A DNA stretch of 39,596 nucleotides from Octopus bimaculoides (lineage: Eukaryota), in NCBI RefSeq assembly GCF_001194135.2, contig NC_068983.1, forward strand, positions 125,021,557 through 125,061,152, written 5' to 3'. Shown here in pieces: positions 22,500 through 32,747 of the stretch. The translations under genes were made by a program, and so were the position numbers. The notes below the pieces were generated by a model. It did not search any database and was not told the DNA's origin. It saw nothing but the letters and a program-made list of their open reading frames with translations. The number at the start of each line of letters is the position of its first letter. Within the stretch, counting starts at the first letter, position 1.

Positions 22500-23930
22500 G
22501 ACTATGCTCAGAGATAAATCTATCAACAAAAATACAGACGAATATAGATCTGTTAGCCTTAAGAAGCTACGTTACGAGCAATGTTTACATGCAGAGAACT
22601 CGGCGACGGTGTTGTCTAAAAAAATTAACCCTAAACAGACAAATCCGTTCCCTAATGTCAGCATTGAAGCTCGTCATGCCTCAATGATAACAAAGCAAAA
22701 TACAAGCCGGAATGGCAATCAACCGGATTACAAAGGGCCACATGCTCGAATGTTGAACCAGATTCGAGACGAAACATCAGCTACTGGTTCAAATCTTTCC
22801 GACACACAGGAGCTGGAAGTACCCCACAACCGGAATATTACAACAGATGGCCATCTAAGCTCGTCAAATAACCAAAATAAAAAGAATGAAAAATGGTCTA
22901 GGGAAGATAATAAAGAAGTTCTTACGGCCTTTTACCATGCCATATATTTCCCCACAGATAAATCTAATACTGTACAAACCTACTTATACTGGAGACAGAA
23001 ACACCCTGAAGTAAAACCACGCATAAACAGTAACAAACTTGCCAACGTCAGAAGAAACATTATGAAAAAAAAATACTAACTGAAGTAGAGATTAACCAAA
23101 TCAAACAAGCAATAAGGAATAACAAGAACGAAGCTGCAGCTAAAGAAGATTCTACAGAGGAAATAGTTATAGACCAGCCCAGGGCTGATGAAAACGCAGT
23201 AATGATTGAAAGATTTAATGTAACTGATAGGCAAAGTGAAATACTTTTCGAACCAACCATATACACTAAGGCAGATGAAAATCAAATAGAGGAAGAAAAT
23301 CACACAAATATCGACCCAACAGAACTACATGATCTAAAAAATCAAATCATGATTGAATGGCTAAAAATTAAAGAAACAAGTATGAATTAACGCGATACTC
23401 TCCCCAAATTTCGCAATTCTAACCAAAACCTGAAAATAATTGGTGAAATGCAACTTGCACTTAAGGATATAATTTCAGCTAATGATGTTGATATTGCAGA
23501 TCTCGACCATTTGTACTATGCATCCGTGAAAATCTCATCGATTCTATGCGGTGAAAAGATTAGAAAACGACAACATTCCCACAAAAAAACCTTCTTGGCA
23601 AGAGCGTATTTAACAACAAATTAAGCTACTTAGTTCTGACATAGTATGTTTGAAAAACCTTAAGGTTGACAAGACTATCAAACCTACAAAAACCCGAAAA
23701 TTAAAGAAAAAATATAATATGAAACCATACTTGACATTGATGCCACCATAGAAACCACCAAGCAAAAGGTATGTGTTAAAGCTGCCCACATAGCAAGGTA
23801 TGAAAAGTGCGTTAGGTTCTTCAACGACAACATGTTCAAAAATAACCCCAAATATTTTTACAGGAAGATAGGGAAAACACCAGTTGCAGTAAAGTCTGTC
23901 CCATCAAAAGAAGTGCAAAACGCATAAAAT
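22500..23930 (+). mobile_element. R4/Dong LINE N-terminal portion (copy A), truncated before the RT
   Basis: KWSREDNKEVLTAFYHA..YWRQKHP..NKLANVRRNIMKKK; later KPSWQERI, KQKVCVKAAHIARYEK, MFKNNPKYFYRKI. Confidence 0.85.
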
Positions 23931-25620
23931 GGAATAGAGAAGATTACAGAGATGTGTTGAAAGCTTCCAATACAGCCCAACTAAATCCAACCCTAACCAC
24001 ATTGCACAAGGATACACTTCCTGGAGAAAGTAGGCAACGAAGTACGCCGCTATATAGACAAAAATAAATTAAGTAATGTACGTAGAGACATCATTAAGAT
24101 AAAATTTTAACTGACACTGAAATTAGCCAACTTCGGACACAAATATTTCATGTTAGACAAAATGAAAACAACAACAATGCAGATGAAATATGTAACAGAT
24201 GCACAGAACCCAGTGTGAAAGCAGTACATCCCAGCGAAGAAGCTGAAGAAAGAATAGCGAAGAATAGATATGCAGAAATAGAGGAGTAAGTAGACCTACC
24301 TTAAGAACACCACATTAGATATGACAAGATTTGTGGTGAATAATAAAGAGAAAATCATGGAAGCAAAAGAAGATATGAGTGAACTCAGCAAGAGTTTTAT
24401 CGACCCCGAAAGGATGAAAAGCAAATTCAACCTCGGTGGCAACTGAATTCAGAATATTGCGTTTAATAAAATTACATAAGTAAACTCAAAATCATAAAAT
24501 CATAACACTTACAAACAAGTCAAATGATCTACACAAAATAAGAAATACTAAATGGCCATCAGAAATAACGTAATAATACAGAAACGATCATAGAGCAAAA
24601 TAAGATATGAGAGAACTCCGCTCAACTGAGTTTACTAACATGATCAATAAAGAACCACTACCAAAGCTCTCAAACAGCAGAAAAATAACAACATAATCAT
24701 GCTATATAATGTTACTCTAAGGCAAATTTTAAGAAATAAACTCATCTATTCCACTGCTAAAGTTGTAACTGCTCAACTAAGTATCAGGACGACACGGAAA
24801 AGAACCAATCATGCCAATAGACCTCATAAGTGGACAGCAGCAATAAAACTGAGATAGAATCTCTGTGAGCGGATGTATCAGTTCTCGATGAACTTGCTAG
24901 AGGTGTAAATGTTAAGATGAAACAAGCTAGAAGAAAAATATAAAGCAAAGCATGACAGAGTTGGCCAGTATTTGCACTGGAGAATATGTCGGCATTATAA
25001 AATTAAAACCGCTGATAAATGGTATAAACGCCATCCTGAAGCTTTGACTGAGGGAGAAAATGTATCGATTTTCTGGGACTTCCCCGTACATACCGACAAA
25101 ACTATAAAAGCTAATAAACCGGATATTATTATAAAAGATCAGACAAAGAAGACGTGTTTATTAATTGACATGAGTATTCCCTCTGATCATAATATAGCGG
25201 CGAAAGAATTTGACAAGATCAGTAAATATAAAGACTTGCTAATAGAAATTGAAAAAATGTGGCACCTCAAGGCGACTACCGTACCAGTGATTGTAGGATC
25301 TCTAGGAATGATAAAAAAAAGGTACCGAAACCTATTTGAAAATGATACCAGGCTTACCATCCCTACAGGAAGTGCAAAAAATCGTGTTAACTGGAACGAC
25401 TCAAGTACTGAGAAGAGCATTATTGCTGTGAAAACAACATCCATTCATGAATTCATTTATTTATCAATTTTTTAAGAAAAATAGATATTTTACCTGTGAA
25501 TTTGCTTGTGTAAACTGGGAATGCATACAATGAGCTTCTCTGCGCTAGCTTACGGAAAACACTCGGCAAGAAACGGAAGAAAATTTGAAGAAGAAAAAAA
25601 AGCAACATAAAAATAATTAT
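23928..25620 (+). mobile_element. R4/Dong LINE copy B: N-terminus fused to the RLE domain, RT deleted
   Basis: KWNREDYRDVL..IDKNKLSNVRRDII..LIYSTAKVVTAQL..DVSVLDELARGVNVK..RRKKYK joins AKHDRVGQYLHWRICRHY..KANKPDIIIKD..IDMSIPSD..KYKDL..QVLRRALLL*; SINE A fragment inserted at about 24395-24460. Confidence 0.85.
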
Positions 25621-25627
25621 TTTTAAC

Positions 25628-26075
25628 AGCAGAAACGTTAGCGCGCTGGGCGAAATGCTTAGCGGTACTTCGTCTGCCGTTACGATCTGGGGTCAATATG
25701 ATCAACTTAACCCGTTTGTCTGTCCTTGTTTGTCTCCTCTGTGTGTAGCCCCTTGTGGATAGTAAAGAAATAAGAAAATTATACTCCTCCGTGCTATGTT
25801 GTTGCTGTTGCAGTTTTTGTTGTTACAACTGATGCTGCGGCCCATGATTATTACACAATTTTGCTATTCTATTCAACGGAGGAATGGCTGTTTTTTTTTC
25901 AGGCGTTTAGTCGATTACATTGACCTCAGTACTCACCTGGTACCTATTTTACGAACTCCGAAAAGATGAAAAGTAAAGTTGACCTTGGCGGAATTTGAAT
26001 TTAGAGCATAAAGTCGGACGAAATGACACTAAGCAATTTCCTTGGTGAACTTGCAAGTCAACCAACTCACTGCTT
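25628..26075. mobile_element. Two SINE family A copies (25628-25785 +, internally deleted; 25900-26075 -)
   Basis: CAGAAACGTTAGCGCGCTGGGCGAAATGCTTAGCGG head; CCGAAAAGATGAAAAGTAAAGTTGACCTTGGCGGAATTTGAA core. Confidence 0.88.
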
Positions 26076-26097
26076 TAATAACTCCATATGTTGCTGA

Positions 26098-26541
26098 TAT
26101 AATCAACTTTTCTTTCTATCCAATATAATAATTCACTGTATATATTTACTTCCACTAGTCAAGATATTTCAAAGAAAGTTCTGTGGCTCAATATTATACC
26201 TCTCCAATCGTTGTCTATGTTTTAATTTTCGTGATTCTAAATTTTTTACTTAACTTAGCCACCAACTTTATATAATTCACAAAACGAATACTATGTTTTT
26301 TCAGATTGGGAGTGCCCTTCTATTCTGCGGGGATTTATATGCTTTAATCATTTATCAACAACTGAATATACACATTGCCATTCCACTGTCACACATTCAT
26401 ACACTTCAAAAACAGGCTATATGAATAAACTTTCTCAGAAACAAAAATAATTAAAAGTATAATATTAGAGACGAAATACGTCAACTGCTCTTGGAAAATC
26501 TAAATGAATTATTTCCACTTGAAGATTCTACACCAGCTTAA
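26098..26541 (+). pseudogene. Decayed intronless ORF of unknown function
   Basis: One frame, 148 codons, 3 internal stops; ends KYNIRDEIRQLLLENLNELFPLEDSTPA*. Confidence 0.45.
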
Positions 26542-26562
26542 ATATAGCAAATTTACCTTAGT

Positions 26563-26924
26563 TTATAATTCGATTTTTCTCTTGAATGCATCCTCACTAC
26601 TCTTAGATGTTTGTTTCCAACATCCAAAATATTTTAAAGAAAATTGTATATCCATGTATAATGAAATTTCAAGATGATATGAATTGTTTACGCTTTCCAG
26701 TTAGACTATCCTAAACACCACTTAGCTATCAACGCAATAATCAATAAAACTAAAAATATTCAAAATCTCTTTACACAGATTACTTTTCCATGCTGCGTTT
26801 TATCGATTACCTCATAGTTTTTGACCCTAGATATTATAACTTTCACTTGTAAAACAACATCCTTATGGCATTCACGAGTTTGTTCATACACAAGATTATG
26901 TTTGTCGTCATCTTGCCAGTATAG
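26563..26924 (-). pseudogene. Decayed ORF(s) convergent on 26098-26541
   Basis: LYWQDDDKHNLVYEQTRECHKDVVLQVKVIISRVKNYEVIDKTQHGKVICVKRF*IFLVLLIIALIAKWCLG*; then LESVNNSYHLEISLYMDIQFSLKYFGCWKQTSKSSEDAFKRKIEL*. Confidence 0.45.
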
Positions 26925-26999
26925 CTATGCTGCTAGCTAAGATTAGTTGAAGTAGTATATCGATCATATGGTACTACAAATCCCCTTGATACTGTTATA

Positions 27000-27064
27000 T
27001 ATAAACGTACACACCCACACATCCACACACATACACCCATATAAACACACACACACACACACAG

Positions 27065-27135
<71 letters not shown>

Positions 27136-27148
27136 AATATATATATCC
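27000..27148. repeat. (CA)n/(TA)n microsatellite
   Basis: Direct reading. Confidence 0.95.
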
Positions 27149-27904
27149 ACTAACATGTGTAAATATTTCCGTTCCAGAGAAATCGAATGCAGTAATTTAA
27201 ACTATTTAAACAAATTAAATAAAACATCTTTAGTTGTGATATAAAGGGAGATTCCTCTTCATGGTCGCGTAGTTAATTTGAATTTGCATTGAAATAGCAT
27301 CCAAATCGCACGCTAATGTTTATTAAAAAAAACAAGGGACTTGAATATATAGTAATTGACGGTTTACCTGAAATAAAGACTAGATATTTGTGATAGGAAA
27401 TCCTTTGTATCTTGCCCAAGCACAGCATAGAAAATGAAAGTACATTTAAGTTCAGTGATCTAATTTTCATTTGAAAGTAATATTAAATCCCTCGTTTGTA
27501 TTCTATTTATTAGAAAGCTTTACTGACATTTTCATTACTGTTTTAGTATAAGGTGTGTAAAGCATAGGTAAGCAATGTAATTGCGATTGTTCAAGTTAGT
27601 TTAGGGCTCATGAATATTTATTTTAATTATATGACCATATTTCAGGTTGAAACAAATCCGTTGTCTAAGAAATGAACTAATAAATGCTAAATACTTGCAG
27701 ATGAGATATTTACTCCAAAATTGATAAAACGCTGTAAAACATACTACACGTATATGTGAGCCAATGATTTTAGTTTCTGTATCCATTTATACAGTACAGA
27801 CGTGTCTGTGATGAATTAATTAATACTGGTATTGTTAATATCAGCATTTTTTCTAAAGATATTTGGATTAGTTCATGTCTAAACGTACATACATGCACAC
27901 ACAC

Positions 27905-28125
27905 CCTCGCGCTAGATGCGGGGACGTAAACAAACCAACGCTGGCTGTCAAGCGATGGAGGTCGACAAATAGACACAAAGATACGCACACACACAAATAG
28001 GCACAGACACACACAGACACACACACACATACATACATATATACATACATACACGCACACAGATATATGTGTGTGTGTTTTTGTCTACCAAATCCACTCG
28101 TAAGGCGTCGGCCTGAGCCTATATA
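27905..28125 (-). mobile_element. SINE family B fragment with internal (CA) tract
   Basis: The reverse complement gives GAGTGGATTTGGTAGACAA and CCATCGCTTGACAGCC..TTTACGTCCCCG. Confidence 0.75.
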
Positions 28126-28373
28126 TGAATACGTTTTTGACGTTTGGAGCCTACACTTTTCTATAGAAATGGATGAGAGAGAAAAATGGAATGAAAAAAC
28201 GGAGACAGAAGAAAATGTGTAGGGATTAAACGGTTTATCATGGTATATATGCATATGATACGTGTATACATGCCTGTGTTTGTGTGCGTGTGTTTGTGTG
28301 TGTGTGTTTGTGTGTGTGTGTTTGTGTGTGTGTTTGTGTGTGTGTGTGCTTGTGTACGTGTGTGTATGAGTCA

Positions 28374-28760
28374 GTGGAGGCGCAATGGCCCAGTGGTTAG
28401 GGCAGCGGACTCACGGTCATAGGATCGCGGTTTCGATTCCCAGACCGGGCGTTGTGAGTGTTTATTGAGCGAAAACACCTAAAGCTCCACGAGGCTCCGG
28501 CAGAGGATGGTGGCGAATCCTGCTGTACTCTTTCACCACAACTTTCTCTCACTCTTACTTCCCGTTTCTGTTGTGCCTGTAATTCAAAGGGCCAGCCTTG
28601 TCACACTGTATCACGCTGAATATCCCCGAGAACTACGTTAGGGGTACACGTGCCTGTGGAGTGCTCAGCCACATGCTCGTTAATTTCACTAGCAGGTTGT
28701 TCCGTTGATCGGATCAAATGGAACCCTCGACGTCGTAAGCGACGGAATGCCAACAGAACA
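28374..28760 (+). mobile_element. tRNA-derived SINE family C, relatively young and GC-rich
   Basis: A box TGGCCCAGTGG, B box GTTTCGATTCC, ~390 bp long, CAACA-type end, follows a (TG)n tract. Confidence 0.88.
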
Positions 28761-28934
28761 GGCAGTGTGTGAGTCTAAAGTAGAATAAGCAGGAGAAATA
28801 GAACGTAAAACATTTCCGCGTATATTTTTCTTGTTCTTTAACCGTCTAAAAGTGTAAATGTGCGAAACTGTCAACTCTTGAATTACGTTAGGAAAATTAG
28901 ATACGTGTGTTTATATATGTATACACACATAGAC

Positions 28935-28937
<3 letters not shown>

Positions 28938-29030
<93 letters not shown>
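28938..29030. repeat. (CA)n microsatellite
   Basis: Direct reading. Confidence 0.98.
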
Positions 29031-29032
<2 letters not shown>

Positions 29033-29291
29033 CACGAGTAGTATTTTGTTTTTCATGATTTTCGTTTTGTACAATTCGTAGGTGTCCAGTTTGCAGAGTA
29101 TCTACTGTGATCAAATCGATCAACTCCAGCGCCTTGTTCTTAACATAAAAAGTTTACTTAAAAGACACAATCATCACCAATGTTTAATTCCTTTGCAGAA
29201 TTTATATTCAATAGAGTAGTCCAACTGTTTGACAGTGACGTTTTATTTATTTCACAAAACTTTACATCTTCTGTCTGTTCTGTATGTGATT

Positions 29292-29546
29292 CTATTTATT
29301 TTCGTATATTTATACTATTTTCATTAAGTTCACTTCTATGAATTTACTTTCGAAAACTTTTTCATCAAAAACTACTTCTATGGTTTCAATTTGACCTTCT
29401 AAAATGAATTGTAAATCAGAAGATTATATTCACTTTTTATAGCAACAATCTATAATGATATCTGTTTTATAGTTAAGTTTGTTTATCTCTGTTACTTTTC
29501 CTTTTAAAAGTATTTTTTCATCTTGAAAACACTCTCCAATTTCCAT
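29292..29546 (-). pseudogene. Decayed E/K/I-rich ORF of unknown function
   Basis: MEIGECFQDEKILLKGKVTEINKLNYKTDIIIDCCYKK*I*SSDLQFILEGQIETIEVVFDEKVFESKFIEVNLMKIV*IYENK*. Confidence 0.4.
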
Positions 29547-29763
29547 ATATAATTTGATTTACTTTCAATTTTAAGCTTTCTCAGATAAAATGGTATAAAA
29601 TAAAATTATATAGTCACATATTTAACTACAATTTTTTTTCATGAAGAAGTTAAACTCCATTTACTATTCGTCACAAATCCGTCATACTAACCTGCAGCCC
29701 AGTACTTCTGTTAAACAGTATTATCCCGACAAACTAACAATAATAACAAACAGAAATCTTAAT

Positions 29764-29961
29764 CTAGGTCCAATTAAATATATGGCCCATATACTCGCTT
29801 AACTCTAATGTTAAATAAAAGAAGATTAGTAATAAGCATATACCAATCAACGCTACGGAACTAGCACTACCATCGGTTATAGCATCGGAATAATGTTGAA
29901 CAACTACTAAAACTGCACAAAGAAATGAAATGAAATGTGAACGTACATATTTATTTTTCAT
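29764..29961 (-). CDS. 65-aa ORF with two hydrophobic segments (putative small membrane protein)
   Basis: MKNKYVRSHFISFLCAVLVVVQHYSDAITDGSASSVALIGICLLLIFFYLTLELSEYMGHIFNWT*. Confidence 0.35.
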   Translation of the reverse strand: MKNKYVRSHFISFLCAVLVVVQHYSDAITDGSASSVALIGICLLLIFFYLTLELSEYMGHIFNWT

Positions 29962-30118
29962 ATAATAATCGACTACAATTGATAATCAAACCTGGATCAT
30001 TCTGCACACTTAGCTAGTATATATTAAATGTATATTTCCTTACATTCAGCTGCCTTTATTTTAGAATTGTAGGTAACACCGGCTTAAATTTTGAAATAGC
30101 TATATACATACATACATG

Positions 30119-30188
<70 letters not shown>

Positions 30189-30313
30189 CACATACACATA
30201 CATATATGTATATATATTTATATATATACAGTTCTATATTTGAGAGATGAAGAATTATGTACGCTATTTACATTATTTACATTTGACGGATATTTGTCCT
30301 CATCTTGTTTGTT

Positions 30314-30360
30314 GTTAACACAACGTTTCGGCTTGTACTCTCTAGCCTTCATCAGATATC
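30314..30360 (-). ncRNA. Minimal type I hammerhead ribozyme motif
   Basis: GAUAU-CUGAUGA-A-GGCU(agagaguaca)AGCC-GAAA-CGUU-GUGUU; stem I is kept by G-U wobbles. Confidence 0.6.
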
Positions 30361-30422
30361 CTAGAGGAATTTCGGATCTGGGCTTTCTTTCCTTAGGTAT
30401 TTATCTGATGCGGCTACTACTG

Positions 30423-30514
<92 letters not shown>

Positions 30515-30635
30515 ATCACTGCCTGGAATCGAACTCATAATCTTTAGTTTAGTAGCCCGCGCTCTTAACCACTACATCATATGCCCGTGGAAAAATAACC
30601 TTTGGAATGAGAAGCCAGGTTCGAAATTCCCCCAG

Positions 30636-30681
30636 GACACCTGATGAAGGCTGGAGAGTACATCAGCCGAAACGTTGTGCC
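30636..30681 (+). ncRNA. Minimal type I hammerhead ribozyme motif
   Basis: GACAC-CUGAUGA(30641-47)-A-GGCUG(gagaguacau)CAGCC-GAAA(30669-72)-CGUU-GUG. Confidence 0.6.
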
Positions 30682-30732
30682 AACGACAAACAAGATCAGG
30701 ACAAACATCCGTGAAGTGTAAATAATATAAAT

Positions 30733-30774
<42 letters not shown>

Positions 30775-30784
30775 NNNNNNNNNN
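30775..30784. other. Assembly gap (10 N)
   Basis: Direct reading. Confidence 1.
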
Positions 30785-31455
30785 CCTGTTTACTCTTTGT
30801 GGAGCATAAGGCCTCAACAGTTATTTTCCACTTTTTGCGGTCATTGGCGTGTTTCTTGGCAACTTCCCATGTCAGGCCGGTGGTCCTGAGCTCGTCCAAA
30901 ATGCTCCGCTTCCATGTCTGCTTCGGGCGTCCTCACTTCCTTTTTCCCTGGGGTTCCAGTCAAGTGTTTGTGGTGTCACATTTGAGGGTTCTTTCCGTAG
31001 TGTGTGTCTGATCCATCTCCATTTCCTTCATCTAATCTGAACATGTATGGGCTCTTCGTTGGCTCTTTCTCACAGTTCGGTGTGTGGAACTCTGTCAAAC
31101 CACTTCAGATGGATGATCTGCCGGAGGATTTGTTGATGAAGGTCTGAATCTTCTTGTAGTTGCTGCAGGTGGCTATCCATGTTTCAGAGCCATACAAAAG
31201 CACAGAATTTACGTTTGAACTAAATAAGCAGAGTTTAATTCGAGGTGAGACGGCAGTGGAGTTCCCTACCGGCCGAAGAATAGCGTAGGCTTGCCAAGCC
31301 TTCTTGCGTCTTGCAATGATGTCCCCGGCTGATCCACCTGATTTGCTGATCTTCCTGCCAAGATAGACAAGCTCACTGACGTCCTCCACAGGTCCCCCTT
31401 CGATTGTGGTTGGCTCTTCCTGCTTGTTGTTGATACGCAGCACTTTTGTCATCCC
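30785..31455 (-). mobile_element. RTE-clade LINE 3' end
   Basis: VEDVSELVYLG..IKLCLFSSNVNSVLLYGSETW..KIQTFINK..KWRWIRHTLRK..LDWNPQGKRK.GRPKQTWKRS..TWEVAKKHANDRKKWK. Confidence 0.92.
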
Positions 31456-31499
31456 CTGGTCTCCTCCTTATTTCACTCACGGACCAACCGCCTTCAATC

Positions 31500-32745
31500 A
31501 TCTTTACTGAATCTCTCACCACAATGTTTACTCTTTGTAATTACCGACCTGCCACGTTCTTTCCCCTTCATATTTATTCATATATGCGCCAGTCTTCATT
31601 TGTTGAACAACAACAGTATCACTAGTATGAGACGTAGAAGAACCATGATTACAACGACTCAACCCCTTTAAATATATGACAAAATATAATGACTTTTGAC
31701 TTTATTGTTCCTAATTATCTACTTTTCAACATATATTATCATCTCCGTTTCCGTCACTCCATTAGAATACATTCCTTGATCTGACATTACAATAGCACAG
31801 AAAATATTTTAAATAAAAGTAAACGAACATAATTGACTCAAATGTTATATATTTCCTCCAGTAAGACTAATAAATAAAGTTTAGAAACACTTTTCGGAAA
31901 TGACATTAGTTAGTTCCACTATGTGAAGCAATGTTAAATCCTAAAGGGTAAATATCCTGAATGTTCCTGGACAGTATTATATTAACTGTTCAGAGAAATG
32001 CAAGTATTAATTTAACACCATCTGAAAGCTTAATGTTTTTTTGTTACATGTAATTTAGGAATAGAAACAATAACATTTAACTACGACACCCGATCATATG
32101 AATATACTCTGAAAGTTTGTAATCACTATGATTGATGTCTCAGTGGGGAGAATAGAAATTTGTCGTTATATTTCCTGAGTAATATCCATTGCATGCAAGA
32201 AATGTGTGAACAGATTCTTAGTTCCAGCAAAGTGATCATAAATATGACTGTAGCAATAGTTATGATTGCCACCTACTAAGTATGAAAGTTAATCTATTAG
32301 TATCAAACCTAACATATATATATGAGTATCAGTCTATAGGTATAAAAGTTTATTAGTAGATCAGTATGCATTCACACTCGACTCAAAAACCAAAGACATC
32401 TCATACAAGTATGACGTAGTAGCATTCTCCATACTGTTGCTGATTGTTTTAGCTGCCTATATAGTTAGAAGTTTAGCAAACATCTTCATCCTCCCATTCT
32501 TAACCAAGTGGCACATCAAGGATATGAACCCAAGCGCTACACATAACTCCGCCGGTACTAATTTTCAAATTAGTAGGTGAGAGGAACTTGAAATGAATTG
32601 CCCCACTCAAATGCCATATCGGCCATTCCAAGATTGGAACTCACGACCTCATGTTTGTAACTCCAGTGAGTTTTGTAGCATTTGCTACAAATACAAGGTA
32701 TAAGTCCGTTAAATTTGTGTGTGTCAGGGTCTTTTTCAGGAAAGG
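31500..32745 (-). pseudogene. Heavily decayed coding-like region, cut by the Tc1 insertion
   Basis: Open blocks KLVPAELCVALGFISLMCHLVKNGRMKMFAKLLTI*AAKTISNSMENATTSYLYEMSLVFESSVNAY and SYLVGGNHNYCYSHIYDHFAGTKNLFTHFLHAMDITQEI*RQISILPTETSIIVITNFQSIFI. Confidence 0.35.
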
Positions 32746-32747
32746 TT

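Larger units (their letters stand above)
30228..30732 (-). mobile_element. tRNA-headed element with Penelope-like inverted terminal arms, each containing a hammerhead motif
   Basis: Minus-strand A box at 30569-30579 and B box at 30525-30536; (TAA)n(TAG)n spacer; arms 30265-30392 and 30603-30732 are inverted copies; flanked by (TA)/(CATA) microsatellites. Confidence 0.8.

Noticed and set aside
27181-27880. Further pseudo-ORFs (track ORFs 27273-27470 and 27601-27786 and their antisense frames)
   Set aside because: Both strands look partly open and the plus frames have many stops; strand and frame could not be decided.
28374-28450. Functional tRNA gene (also considered for 30515-30586)
   Set aside because: A and B boxes are present but no full cloverleaf with acceptor stem; the sequence runs into SINE body.
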